Under the pieces are notes generated by a model, which made no database searches, was not told the DNA's origin, and saw only the letters and a program-made list of their open reading frames with translations. Positions 1 to 9,452 of a DNA stretch of 64,000 bases are shown here, one piece after another. The position numbers were made by a program, and so were the translations under genes. The DNA is from Clostridia bacterium (GTDB lineage Bacteria > Bacillota > Clostridia > Christensenellales > QALW01), in assembly GCA_045594045.1 (NCBI GenBank), contig JAZNXV010000032.1:14164-78163 (forward strand), in the 5' to 3' direction. How positions within the stretch are numbered: the first letter of the stretch is position 1; the number at the start of each line of letters is the position of its first letter.

Positions 1-274
1 GCACCTCTATTGTGGGCGCCTCGCACTTAATAAAAAGAATGTAATCGTAATCACTTTTTAAGCTGGCGAGAACGCGGTCAAAATACTTATTTATAGTTCT
101 GTGATATAAGCCTATATCCTTACGCATCATAATACGTGCGATTGCCGAATGGGACGGTTGCTCGTCAATAACGTCCACATTTGCGCCCCGCTCAAGCAAG
201 GCTTGCCTTATGCGCACGTGATAATCAAAGAAAAAAGGGCTTATAATAAGTATATTTTTATCCTTTAATTCCAT
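1..274 (-). CDS. partial CDS (N-terminal ~91 aa, runs off left edge); uncharacterised protein next to a polysaccharide-biosynthesis gene
   Basis: Own translation of the minus strand from ATG 274: MELKDKNILIISPFFFDYHVRIRQALLERGANVDVIDEQ..., open to position 1. It lies 15 bp downstream of the sugar transferase gene on the same strand. Confidence 0.4.
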   Translation of the reverse strand, partial: MELKDKNILIISPFFFDYHVRIRQALLERGANVDVIDEQPSHSAIARIMMRKDIGLYHRTINKYFDRVLASLKSDYDYILFIKCEAPTIEV

Positions 275-289
275 TTTCTTCTTTCCGTT

Positions 290-964
290 TTATCTGGCGC
301 CGTTATGTGAAAATACTACGGCAACCGTTTTGAAAACACATTTTATATCAAGCCAAAGGGACCGCTTTTCAATATATTCCATATCATACACGATTTTTTC
401 TTCAGGCAACAAATCGTATCCGCCGTTAACCTGTGCCCAGCCTGTTAAACCGGGGGTAACTGCCATACGCTTTGAAAAACCATGAATATATTCTTCAAAC
501 TCCTTATAAAAGCAAGCACGTTCAGGGCGAGGACCTACAATGCTCATCGAGCCTGCAAAAATATTTACAAGCTGAGGGAGCTCATCGAGCCTTGAAGCAC
601 GCAAAGCCTTGCCTATGCGTGTACAACGCTCGTCATTTTCATCTGCCCACTTGGCGCCGCCGTCCTCCGCATCAAGATGCATTGAGCGAAATTTATACAA
701 CATAAACGGTTTGCCGTTTTTGCCTAATCTCTCCTGCTTATATACTGCAGGACCTGAAGAATCACACTTAACGATTATCGCAATAATAAGCATCGGTACA
801 ATACAAATGCAAAGTGCTACAGAAGACAAAATAATATCCAGTGCACGCTTTATGAAATTGTAAAACGGCTTTTTAGCAACCGTTACGTCGGGCACTTCGT
901 ATATACGCTTATGCTTGCCTGTGCCGCTTTGAACGGTTTCTAATTCATCAATATTTTCCATCAA
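290..964 (-). CDS. bacterial sugar transferase (undecaprenyl-phosphate hexose-1-phosphate transferase, WbaP/EpsL C-terminal domain type)
   Basis: 224 aa with an N-terminal TM segment and family hallmarks KFRSM, DELPQL and GPRPE. Confidence 0.85.
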   Translation of the reverse strand: MMENIDELETVQSGTGKHKRIYEVPDVTVAKKPFYNFIKRALDIILSSVALCICIVPMLIIAIIVKCDSSGPAVYKQERLGKNGKPFMLYKFRSMHLDAEDGGAKWADENDERCTRIGKALRASRLDELPQLVNIFAGSMSIVGPRPERACFYKEFEEYIHGFSKRMAVTPGLTGWAQVNGGYDLLPEEKIVYDMEYIEKRSLWLDIKCVFKTVAVVFSHNGAR

Positions 965-1163
965 AACACTCCGAATTTTATTAAACGAGCATTATAATGC
1001 CATATTATAACAGCATTATAATACCACATATTATATATTATTGTCAAACAATTTGATTTTCATTATAAGTCTGCATAACCCTTCCTTTTATGTCTTGCAA
1101 AATTAATAAAAATATTATATAATATTTTTAAATAGTATTACATATCTTTTATGGAGGATTGTT

Positions 1164-1643
1164 ATGAAACGTACCGATTACATTTCTTGGGACGAATATT
1201 TTATGGGCATAGCCATGCTTTCTGCCCAGCGCAGTAAAGATGCCGGCACGCAGGTTGGCGCTTGTATAGTAAGCCAGGACAATAAAATTTTAACCGTAGG
1301 CTATAACGGAATGCCCACCGGCTGTTGTGACGACCATATGCCCTGGGGCAGAGAAGGCGGTATGTTAGAGAGTAAATACGCCTTTGTTTGCCACGCTGAA
1401 TTAAATGCGATTTTAAACTGTGCCGGAACTTCCTTAAAGGGTGCTAAGTGCTATACCACGCTTTTCCCCTGCAACGAATGTGCAAAGGCACTTATACAGT
1501 CAGGTATAAAGGAAGTTATTTATTTTTCCGACAAATATGCTAACACCGAATCCACTATCGCATCAAAAAAGATGTTCAATATGGTTGGCGTAAAATTAAC
1601 CGAGTATAAGCCTTCAGGCAGAAAAATCACCTTGGAGTTTTAA
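1164..1643 (+). CDS. comEB: dCMP deaminase (ComEB family)
   Basis: 159 aa with the deoxycytidylate deaminase zinc motifs HAELNA and PCNECAK. Confidence 0.85.
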   Translation: MKRTDYISWDEYFMGIAMLSAQRSKDAGTQVGACIVSQDNKILTVGYNGMPTGCCDDHMPWGREGGMLESKYAFVCHAELNAILNCAGTSLKGAKCYTTLFPCNECAKALIQSGIKEVIYFSDKYANTESTIASKKMFNMVGVKLTEYKPSGRKITLEF

Positions 1644-1644
1644 T

Positions 1645-2709
1645 ATGAATTTTGTTTTTACCGGCGGCGGTACTGCAGGGCACGTAACCCCTAATATTTC
1701 CCTTATACCCATTATGCAGCAAAAGGGATATACAGTACATTATATCGGGCGCGCAGAGGGTATTGAGCGCGATTTAATCGAAAAGCTGCCCAACGTTACC
1801 TACCACGGCATAAGTGCAGGTAAATTAAGAAGATATAACAACATAAAAAACCTGACAGACCCTTTCAGAGTTATTAAAGGCTATTTTCAAGCCTTAAAGC
1901 TTATGAAGGAAATTAAGCCTGCAGGGGTGTTTTCAAAAGGCGGCTTTGTATCGGTGCCCGTTGTAATGGCGGCATCAATGCACAAGGTTCCCGTTGTTAT
2001 TCACGAATCCGACTGCACGCCCGGTCTCGCCACAAAGCTGTGCTTGCCCCACGCAAAAAAGGCATGCACCTCCTTTAAAAGAACTGCCGAAGATCTGGGC
2101 AAAAAGGGTGTTTATACAGGCACGCCTCTTCGCGATGCACTTTTGCACGGCAGCGCCGCTATTGCAAAGAAAAAGCTCGGTCTTGACAGCAAGCCCACTA
2201 TTTTAGTTATGGGCGGCAGCTTAGGCTCGGCAATAGTAAACAAAAGTGTGCGGTCAATTCTGCCGCGGCTTTTGCAGGATTTTAACGTTGTCCATATTTG
2301 CGGCAACGGCAAATGTGATGAAAGCATCAAGCTAAAGGGCTACGTGCAATTTGAATACGTTAATGAGGAGCTTCCCGATATTATGACTTTGGCGGACATT
2401 GTTGTTTCTCGGGCAGGCTCAAACAGCATAAACGAGTTTTTGGCGCTTCACAAGCCGATGCTTTTAATTCCTCTTTCTGCTGAATTTTCCCGAGGCGACC
2501 AAATTATTAATGCCGAAGAATTTAATTCCTTGGGCTACGCAAAATATATTTTAGAAGAAAATTTGACTGACGAGCTTCTTTTAACGGAAATTCGCACCCT
2601 TTATTTCAGCCGCAACGAATTTGTTGAAAAAATGAAACAAAGCGGCGCTCACCTGGGCAGAGATAAGGTCGTTGACGTTATTTGCTCGGCAATAGAGAAA
2701 GCAAATTAA
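1645..2709 (+). CDS. murG: UDP-N-acetylglucosamine--N-acetylmuramyl-(pentapeptide) pyrophosphoryl-undecaprenol GlcNAc transferase
   Basis: 354 aa with the N-terminal GGGTAGH motif and full-length GT28 MurG-like sequence. Confidence 0.9.
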   Translation: MNFVFTGGGTAGHVTPNISLIPIMQQKGYTVHYIGRAEGIERDLIEKLPNVTYHGISAGKLRRYNNIKNLTDPFRVIKGYFQALKLMKEIKPAGVFSKGGFVSVPVVMAASMHKVPVVIHESDCTPGLATKLCLPHAKKACTSFKRTAEDLGKKGVYTGTPLRDALLHGSAAIAKKKLGLDSKPTILVMGGSLGSAIVNKSVRSILPRLLQDFNVVHICGNGKCDESIKLKGYVQFEYVNEELPDIMTLADIVVSRAGSNSINEFLALHKPMLLIPLSAEFSRGDQIINAEEFNSLGYAKYILEENLTDELLLTEIRTLYFSRNEFVEKMKQSGAHLGRDKVVDVICSAIEKAN

Positions 2710-2722
2710 AAGCAGAATAAAA

Positions 2723-3466
2723 ATGGATACAATTTTTATAAACAGATTAAAAGATTTATCAAATAAATCAAGCTTTGAAGGACGTTTTACATTCACGTCC
2801 TTTTTAAGTTTAGATGAGCAAAGCAGTCTTTTGAGCATAGAGCGCGAGCTTGGCTTTTTTACGCTTTTTGGCGGAATAGAAGGAAGTGAGCGCGTCGTTG
2901 CTCGCTTTGGCAACCCCGATGACCTTGGCTATGAACAAGACTTTCCCATCACCTGCCTTAAAGCTCAACCCGTGCTGAAAAAATTTGCCGACGAGCTTTC
3001 TCACAGAGATTTTTTAGGCGCAATAATGAATTTGGGCATCGAAAGAAAGAATATCGGTGATATTTTTGTTAAGGACAGCTCTGCCTATATTTTTGTTCTT
3101 TCGCCTATGGCTGATTATATTTGCGAGCAATTAACCAAGGTTAAGCATACTGTAATAAAATGCGAAAAAGCATTAGACGTTCCCGAGCACGCCCTTATAA
3201 GCACCTGCCAAGAAAACCACACTTTAGCTTCCCTGCGCCTTGACTGCATTGTTGCACAAATTTACGATTTTTCGCGCAGTCAATGTGCGGAGCTCTTTTT
3301 AGCAAAGAAAATCTTTGTAAACGGCAGGCTTAATGAAAACAGCTCACATATTGTTAAAGATGGTGATATTATCTCCGTCAGAGGCAAGGGCAGGTTCAGA
3401 TTTTTAACGCAGAACGGCGTTTCTAAAAAAGGCAAGCTTCGCATTGAAATAGAAAAATTTATATAA
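2723..3466 (+). CDS. ylmH: YlmH-family RNA-binding protein with C-terminal S4 domain
   Basis: 247 aa. The C-terminal S4-like segment is RLDCIVAQIYDFSRSQCAELFLAKKIFVNGR..., and the length and architecture match YlmH. Confidence 0.7.
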   Translation: MDTIFINRLKDLSNKSSFEGRFTFTSFLSLDEQSSLLSIERELGFFTLFGGIEGSERVVARFGNPDDLGYEQDFPITCLKAQPVLKKFADELSHRDFLGAIMNLGIERKNIGDIFVKDSSAYIFVLSPMADYICEQLTKVKHTVIKCEKALDVPEHALISTCQENHTLASLRLDCIVAQIYDFSRSQCAELFLAKKIFVNGRLNENSSHIVKDGDIISVRGKGRFRFLTQNGVSKKGKLRIEIEKFI

Positions 3467-3480
3467 AAAAGCATATATAA

Positions 3481-3527
3481 AAACAACTGCTTTTACAGCT
3501 AAATCAGCGTAAGCAGTTGTTTTTTTA
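3481..3527 (+). terminator. rho-independent terminator after ylmH
   Basis: 12-bp stem AAACAACTGCTT / AAGCAGTTGTTT followed by a T-run. Confidence 0.6.
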
Positions 3528-3683
3528 CAAATGATTTTTTCGTTTTATGCGCGCTACATATTTACAATTAATAATACATAGTTTTGTGTGCGCTACGTAT
3601 TGACAGTTAATAATATAATATTTTGTGTGCTATGCAATTACGGTTAACCGTATTTTATTAGACTTTTGCATCAACACGCTTCT

Positions 3684-4592
3684 TCACACGCCCGTTAAGT
3701 CAAAGGCGGGTGTATATTCTTCCTTGGCAGAGGACAGCTCCTGCACAAAGCCGTCGCGCAAGCCCTTTTTAAGCATATAATTGCGAGCTAAAATATATTC
3801 CCGTTTAGTTATTCTGCGATTAAGCTCAGCAAATTCGCTTTCAAAATAGGGTGTGTATTGGCTCATTAGTGAAAAAAGCACGTCCCCTTTTTTAAAGGTT
3901 TTCGCTACCCAATCAATTACGGCACAGGTGCTCTCCAAATTATCAGGCAAAACGAGATGGCGTATTATTACGCCTTTTTTTATTATGCCGTTTTCAATTT
4001 TATACGCGCCCGTTTGAGAAAACATTTCCAATATTGCTTCCTTGGCTCTTTCGGGGTAATCCGCTGCCGAAGCATATTTTTGCGCAGTTTCACTTAATCC
4101 AAACTTAAAATCGGGAAGATACACGCTGACCTTTCCTTTTAGCAGGCTTAAAGCTTCAACGGTTTCATAGGCAGAGCTGTTCCATACTATCGGCAAGGGC
4201 GCCTTATCCAAAATAGTTGCAAGCTGTTGCACGTAATGGCTTGGTGTAACAAGGTTGATATTGTGAGCACCTTGCTCCTTGAGCTCATAAAAAATTTCTT
4301 CAAGCCGCGCTTTCGTTATTTTTTTGCCCTTTTGCCCGCGAGAAATTTCTCTATTTTGGCAAAAGATGCACCCTAAATTACAGCCGGAGAAAAATATTGC
4401 TCCGCTTCCTTTCGTTCCGCTGACGCAAGGCTCTTCCCAAAAATGTAAGCCCGCCCGTGCAACAACAAATTCATTATTTACTTTACAATAGCCAAGCTTA
4501 TTTTGGCGGTTTACCCCACAACTTCTGGGGCACGTTACACAAATATTTTCCATAAGCGTATTGTACCACAAATTCATGTCACATTCAAGCAC
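3684..4592 (-). CDS. radical SAM protein, PflX-like (pyruvate formate-lyase activase homologue)
   Basis: CxxxCxxC cluster GCNLGCIFCQN plus an N-terminal Cys-rich CVTCPRSC segment. The start is uncertain (GTG 4592, ATG 4577 or ATG 4553). Confidence 0.75.
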   Translation of the reverse strand: MLECDMNLWYNTLMENICVTCPRSCGVNRQNKLGYCKVNNEFVVARAGLHFWEEPCVSGTKGSGAIFFSGCNLGCIFCQNREISRGQKGKKITKARLEEIFYELKEQGAHNINLVTPSHYVQQLATILDKAPLPIVWNSSAYETVEALSLLKGKVSVYLPDFKFGLSETAQKYASAADYPERAKEAILEMFSQTGAYKIENGIIKKGVIIRHLVLPDNLESTCAVIDWVAKTFKKGDVLFSLMSQYTPYFESEFAELNRRITKREYILARNYMLKKGLRDGFVQELSSAKEEYTPAFDLTGV

Positions 4593-4694
4593 ATTTACTC
4601 ACGCGGGTATGCTATAATTAAAGTACAGTTGAATATTTCAGCTCTATTTTTTGCCGAAATTTATTTCGGCATTTTTAATTTTTAGCATAAGGAG

Positions 4695-5003
4695 GTGCTG
4701 TTTTTGAATATACTTTTATCGTGTCTGCCCAGCGTCATAACCGGAGTCTTTTTGTTCATCTTTCAACGCAAAATAGAAAAACAGGAGAAGCTCGCAACAG
4801 ACAGTGACGCCTTGCGCAACAAGTTCATAAAGCTGATTGTTGACCTTACCTTAGCCACTCACGCTTTGAGCGAAGCCAATGCCCGTGCGGTTGAAGGACT
4901 TGGTGACAATGAAGAAATCCGCCGTGCACTATGTTACGCAAGAGAAATAAAACACAAGCACAGAGATTTTTTAGAAACCAACGGAATAAATAATATTTTT
5001 TAA
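4695..5003 (+). CDS. small membrane/coiled-coil protein, first gene of the lysis-type cassette
   Basis: One N-terminal TM helix followed by a helical region. AGGAGG at 4690-4695 favours TTG 4704 as the true start. It is co-oriented and tightly spaced with the holin and amidase genes. Confidence 0.5.
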   Translation: MLFLNILLSCLPSVITGVFLFIFQRKIEKQEKLATDSDALRNKFIKLIVDLTLATHALSEANARAVEGLGDNEEIRRALCYAREIKHKHRDFLETNGINNIF

Positions 5004-5015
5004 AGGAGAATTTAT

Positions 5016-5288
5016 ATGGAAAATTTTGTAGCAATACCGTGTATAACAGTTATCGTTTATCTGTTTGGTGAGCTGTTTAAAGCCTTTACAAAAAACACAA
5101 TAAATCACATTGTTCCTGCACTTTGCGGTACTTTGGGCGGTATTTTAGGGTTAGTTTCCTTTTTTGTTTGCCCTGAATTTATCGCAGGCGAAGGTATTTT
5201 TTCCGCTATTGCCACAGGCATAGTAAGCGGTTTTTCCGCAACGGGTGTAAACCAGGTGTTCAAACAAACAACGAAGGCGCAGGGCTAA
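5016..5288 (+). CDS. phage-type holin-like small membrane protein
   Basis: 90 aa with 2-3 TM helices and a charged C-terminus (KQTTKAQG). It lies immediately upstream of an amidase gene. Confidence 0.7.
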   Translation: MENFVAIPCITVIVYLFGELFKAFTKNTINHIVPALCGTLGGILGLVSFFVCPEFIAGEGIFSAIATGIVSGFSATGVNQVFKQTTKAQG

Positions 5289-5291
5289 AAT

Positions 5292-6185
5292 ATGAATATA
5301 ACAGCAAGGTTTTTAACCGAAAACGACTGCTATAAAAGCGGCAAAAAAATGGTACCCATGGGCATAATGGTGCATTCCACCGCAACAAGCGGAGTTATGA
5401 ACGACACGTGGTTCAGAGCTTGGAACAAAAGCGGCATTTCAAAAGCCGTGCACGCTTTTATTGATGACCAAGGCGTTATGCAAACACTCCCCTGGGATAT
5501 GGTTGGGTGGCACTCGGGGTCGGGCTCCTTGGGCAAAAGCAAAAATGCCAATAACACGGGCTATATCGGCTTTGAAATTTGCGAGCCTGCAGGACACACC
5601 TATTCGGGCGGCACAATGGTAGGCTACGACCCAACGAAAAACCAAGCCTTTTTTGACAGCGTTTATACCTCTGCCGTGGAGCTGTGCGCCACCTTGTGCA
5701 CGGAATTCAATATTTCGCCAAGCAATATTATTTGTCATAGCGAAGGTTACGAAAAGGGCATTGCATCAAACCACAGTGACGTAATGCAATGGTTTCCCAA
5801 GCACAATAAAAATATGGATATTTTTAGGCAAGACGTTGCCACTTTACTTGCAGGAGGTGATAATATGAGAAGTTTCAGACTAAAGGAAGAAATGAATTTC
5901 AGAGAAACACCTAACGGCAAAAAAATTGACGTTATTCCCGAGGGTAGTATAGTAAGCGGCAGCTTAATGGAAGAAAACCGCGGAATACTGTGGCTGAAAA
6001 CAAGCTATAACGGCAAAACGGGCTTTGTTGCGGTTCTGCCCGAAGATAAAAATTACGCCGTTGAAATAACTGCCGCCGCACCCGATTTATCGGCACTTGA
6101 AACAGAGCTTGCATTCTACAAATCAGCCTACGACACCTTAAATGAAAAACTTAATAAAATTAAGGAAATTATTCTGCAGCCCTAA
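5292..6185 (+). CDS. N-acetylmuramoyl-L-alanine amidase (Amidase_2/PGRP type) with SH3-like wall-binding domain
   Basis: N-terminal amidase_2-like region (GIMVHSTAT..., GWHSG, GFEICEP), a central SH3_3-like segment (NGKTGFVAV) and a C-terminal coiled coil. Confidence 0.85.
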   Translation: MNITARFLTENDCYKSGKKMVPMGIMVHSTATSGVMNDTWFRAWNKSGISKAVHAFIDDQGVMQTLPWDMVGWHSGSGSLGKSKNANNTGYIGFEICEPAGHTYSGGTMVGYDPTKNQAFFDSVYTSAVELCATLCTEFNISPSNIICHSEGYEKGIASNHSDVMQWFPKHNKNMDIFRQDVATLLAGGDNMRSFRLKEEMNFRETPNGKKIDVIPEGSIVSGSLMEENRGILWLKTSYNGKTGFVAVLPEDKNYAVEITAAAPDLSALETELAFYKSAYDTLNEKLNKIKEIILQP

Positions 6186-6221
6186 AAGCTTAAACAAGCA
6201 AAAGGCAAGCACAATAAAACA

Positions 6222-6259
6222 AAACCTGCAAAGAGCTCTCTTTGCAGGTTTATTTTTTT
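6222..6259. terminator. bidirectional rho-independent terminator (amidase gene / recR)
   Basis: 14-bp palindromic stem AAACCTGCAAAGAG / CTCTTTGCAGGTTT, with T-runs on both strands. Confidence 0.8.
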
Positions 6260-6260
6260 A

Positions 6261-6854
6261 TTACATTTCGCGTCTGTCATCTAACGCCTTTGCCAGCGTA
6301 ACCTCATCAATATACTCAAGCTCGCCGCCTACGGGAATACCGTGAGCAATTCTTGTGGTTTTAATATTAAAGGGCTTTAGAAGCCTTGCAATATAGACTG
6401 CTGTGGCATCACCCTGAACGTCAGGATTGGTGGCTATAATAATTTCCTTTGCGCCATCAAGCCGTGACAGAAGCTCCTTAATGCGAATATCGTCAGGCCC
6501 GATATTATCAACGGGTGACAGAGTTCCGTGAAGCACGTGGTAAACGCCCTTGAAACTGGCTGTCTTTTCCATAGCAATTACATCTCTGGGGTCCTTTACA
6601 ACGCAAATAACAGAGCTATCTCTGCGTGTATCTGCGCAGATATCACATTTTTCGCCTTGGCAAAAGTTGCCACAACAAGAGCAATAGCTGATTTTCTGTT
6701 TTATTTCACAAAGTGCCTGAACAAGCTCTTTAACATCGTCCTCAGGCGCGCTTATTACGTGGTACGCAAGGCGCAAGGCAGTTTTTCCGCCAATACCGGG
6801 GAGCTTTGAAAAAGCGTTTACAAGCTTTGCCAAGGGTTCAACGTAAATGCTCAC
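6261..6854 (-). CDS. recR: recombination protein RecR
   Basis: 197 aa with a C4 zinc finger ([16 protein letters not shown]) and a Toprim region. It sits in conserved dnaX-ybaB-recR order. Confidence 0.95.
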   Translation of the reverse strand: MSIYVEPLAKLVNAFSKLPGIGGKTALRLAYHVISAPEDDVKELVQALCEIKQKISYCSCCGNFCQGEKCDICADTRRDSSVICVVKDPRDVIAMEKTASFKGVYHVLHGTLSPVDNIGPDDIRIKELLSRLDGAKEIIIATNPDVQGDATAVYIARLLKPFNIKTTRIAHGIPVGGELEYIDEVTLAKALDDRREM

Positions 6855-7202
6855 CTAAAACAGACCTCCGCCCATTCCGCCTGTGATTTTGCCCATTTTA
6901 TCATTAGAAAGCTCTGTTGCTTGGCGAAGTGCTTCCTTTACAGCCGCACAAACGGTATCTTCAAGCATTTCAACGTCATCAGGGTCAACAATTTCGGGGT
7001 TGATTTTTATTGACTTAAGCTCACCCTTACCCGTTACCTTGCACACAACCATTCCGCCTCCGGAAGAAACCTCAAGCTCGGTTTCTTCAAGCTCCTTTTG
7101 TGCCTTTTCCATATCTGCCTGCATTTTTTGTGCCTGACGAAGCAGCTGTTGCATATTTGCACCACCGCCGAAGCCACCGCCGGGAAATCCGCCTCTACCC
7201 AT
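6855..7202 (-). CDS. ybaB: YbaB/EbfC family nucleoid-associated protein
   Basis: 115 aa, Gly-rich at both ends, with the conserved central YbaB core. It lies between dnaX and recR. Confidence 0.9.
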   Translation of the reverse strand: MGRGGFPGGGFGGGANMQQLLRQAQKMQADMEKAQKELEETELEVSSGGGMVVCKVTGKGELKSIKINPEIVDPDDVEMLEDTVCAAVKEALRQATELSNDKMGKITGGMGGGLF

Positions 7203-7268
7203 AAATATACCTCCGTTTTTGCGCTTTTGCGCAGTTTTTATTTATATCACTTTTTTTGAAAAGTATTG

Positions 7269-7481
7269 TTACTTCTTTTTATTTATCACAATACCCAGCA
7301 CAGCCAATATGATTGCCGGAATTATAAAATATATTGCATTCACAACAATCCATACGTAAAACGGTGCCGAATTTAAGGTTGACGCGTACTGAACATAATC
7401 AATGACGCATTTTATAATAAAAACGGCTACTAAAGCAGTGCTTAAACCAAATGGAATTATTGACAAGCTCTTTTTATTCAC
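7269..7481 (-). CDS. small hypothetical membrane protein
   Basis: 70 aa with two hydrophobic helices and no recognisable family. Confidence 0.45.
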   Translation of the reverse strand: MNKKSLSIIPFGLSTALVAVFIIKCVIDYVQYASTLNSAPFYVWIVVNAIYFIIPAIILAVLGIVINKKK

Positions 7482-7541
7482 GGTTTAATACTCCTTTACG
7501 TAAACGTTTTATGCAAATTTCTTAACACCTTTGAATTTTGT

Positions 7542-9227
7542 TTACGAAAATAAATCAAGCGCCGCTTTTAGCATATCGTTTTCTTCAGCCTTCTTTGTCG
7601 GCGGAGTGCCTACGCAAGCCGCAACGGTATATTCCTTACCGTTTATTGCCTTTAAAAGCTCCTGAAACAGCACAGCATTTTTCATTACGATTGCTTCCTT
7701 GGCTTTTGCGCTTTCAGGAATATATACGGTAAATTTACCGTTTTCTTCAACTCCCGTAAATGAGCGCACCATCATATACAAGGGCAGATCACTCTGCTTA
7801 ACCTTATCAAGCAACAGCTTCCACAAGCCGCTTGCCGCTACGCTGCCTGCTCTTGCAGGTTGAGCTTGCGCCCTTTGCGCACTTTCAGCTTGTCCCATAC
7901 GCTCTTGAGGCGTTGGAATTTGCCTTTGCTCTGGAGCGCTTTGCATTTTTGCCTGTTCTGAGTTATTTTGATTTTCCCAAGGCGGAACGTCAAAATCCGC
8001 CGATTTTGCTTCTTGCTTGGAATTACTTTTTACTGCTTCCGTTTTCTGCGGTGCAGTTGCGGCACTGCCTGCTACACCGTTTTTAATTTGCTCCTCAAGA
8101 GTAAATATTCTGTCTTCAAGTGCAGACAGATCTCCTTCGGTTTGAGGCGAGCAAATGCGCGTAACCGCCGTTTGAAGTTGAATATCCGGGCGAGAGTGTA
8201 ATTTAATTTCGCTTTCAAGGCGAGAAAGAATTTCAATAGCGCGCAAAATTCTCTCACCGTTCGCGCCCTTTGCCTGCTGTTTTAATCTTTCCTGAATTTC
8301 GTTAGGCAGACTTATGATTTCTTCGCTTTGAGGCGCGTACATACAAAGCATTACATCTCTCAGATGCTCCATAAGTTCAAGCGCAAATACGCCGATATCC
8401 TTGCCTTCATTTAAAACGGTACGGCAATTTTCAACCGCCGCAGGTATATCTGCCTTTAAAATAGCTTCCGTAAAGGTGAACATAAAGCTTCTGTCAGAAA
8501 CGCCCAAAACGTTCATAGCATCCTGCAGGGTAACGCGGTTGCCGCAATAGGAAAGGCATACGTCCGCAAGAGAAAGCGCATCACGCATACCGCCCGAAGC
8601 ACTTTTTGCAATTAAATCAATAGCACCCTTCTCAAAATCAGCACCAACCTGCTTTAACACGTCGTCAAGCCTATCAAAGATGGTTTTTGCAGGCAAAAGC
8701 CTAAAATCAAAGCGTTGGCAACGGCTTAAAATCGTTGCGGGAAGCTTGTGGCTTTCGGTTGTAGCTAAAATGAATACAACGTGCTTAGGCGGCTCTTCAA
8801 GTGTTTTGAGCAACGCGTTAAAGGCACCTGAGGAAAGCATATGAACCTCGTCAATAATATAAACCTTGTACTTGCCGTAAGCAGGTGAAAACACTACCTT
8901 TTCTCTGATGTCACGGATATTGTCAACACCGTTATTGGAAGCGGCGTCAATTTCGATAATATCCATATTATCGTCGGCAGAATATGCCTTGCAGGCATCA
9001 CATTCACCGCAAGGATCGCCATTGACGGTATGGGCGCAGTTAATTGCACGGGCAAACAGCTTTGCAGTACTCGTCTTACCCGTACCGCGCGGACCTGTAA
9101 ACAGATATGCGTGAGCAATTCTGCCACTTTCAAGCTGATTAAGCAGAGTCCGTACAATATGTTCCTGCCCCACCAGCTCCTTAAAGCCTTGAGGACGGAA
9201 TTTTCTGTAAAGAGCTACGTATGCCAT
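7542..9227 (-). CDS. dnaX: DNA polymerase III subunit gamma/tau
   Basis: Canonical N-terminus MAYVALYRKFRPQ, Walker A GPRGTGKTS and zinc module CGECDAC. The ORF track opens at TTG 9242, but ATG 9227 gives the canonical N-terminus. Confidence 0.95.
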   Translation of the reverse strand: MAYVALYRKFRPQGFKELVGQEHIVRTLLNQLESGRIAHAYLFTGPRGTGKTSTAKLFARAINCAHTVNGDPCGECDACKAYSADDNMDIIEIDAASNNGVDNIRDIREKVVFSPAYGKYKVYIIDEVHMLSSGAFNALLKTLEEPPKHVVFILATTESHKLPATILSRCQRFDFRLLPAKTIFDRLDDVLKQVGADFEKGAIDLIAKSASGGMRDALSLADVCLSYCGNRVTLQDAMNVLGVSDRSFMFTFTEAILKADIPAAVENCRTVLNEGKDIGVFALELMEHLRDVMLCMYAPQSEEIISLPNEIQERLKQQAKGANGERILRAIEILSRLESEIKLHSRPDIQLQTAVTRICSPQTEGDLSALEDRIFTLEEQIKNGVAGSAATAPQKTEAVKSNSKQEAKSADFDVPPWENQNNSEQAKMQSAPEQRQIPTPQERMGQAESAQRAQAQPARAGSVAASGLWKLLLDKVKQSDLPLYMMVRSFTGVEENGKFTVYIPESAKAKEAIVMKNAVLFQELLKAINGKEYTVAACVGTPPTKKAEENDMLKAALDLFS

Positions 9228-9410
9228 AATACACCCATCCAAAAAATCAAATTTACGTTTAATTTAAACTATATATATTATATGATAAAACTGAATAATA
9301 ATCAAGGAGAATATTTTTATTGCGCTCTTCAAGCAGATGCTTTTTTTCAGCAATATTTACTTAAATCCACATAAAAATATATTTGTATACCACATAAAAA
9401 TATATTGCAA

Positions 9411-9446
9411 AAAGAAAAAACGCTTTTAATCAAAAAGCGTTTTTTG
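9411..9446 (-). terminator. rho-independent terminator after the BMP lipoprotein gene
   Basis: Stem AAAACGCTTTT / AAAAGCGTTTT, with a T-run on the minus strand (plus-strand A-run 9411-9420). Confidence 0.75.
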
Positions 9447-9452
9447 TTCTGT

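Noticed and set aside
4695-6185. A prophage at the holin/amidase locus
   Set aside because: No structural, replication, integrase or repressor genes flank the cassette. The neighbours are core genes (radical SAM, recR-ybaB-dnaX).
9243-9452. An SRP (scRNA/ffs) gene upstream of dnaX, as expected from Bacillus-type scr-dnaX-ybaB-recR synteny
   Set aside because: The 210-bp region is extremely AT-rich. It lacks the conserved domain IV sequence (GUCCGGAAGGAAGCAGC-like). It contains only promoter-like sequence and the terminator of the neighbouring BMP gene.
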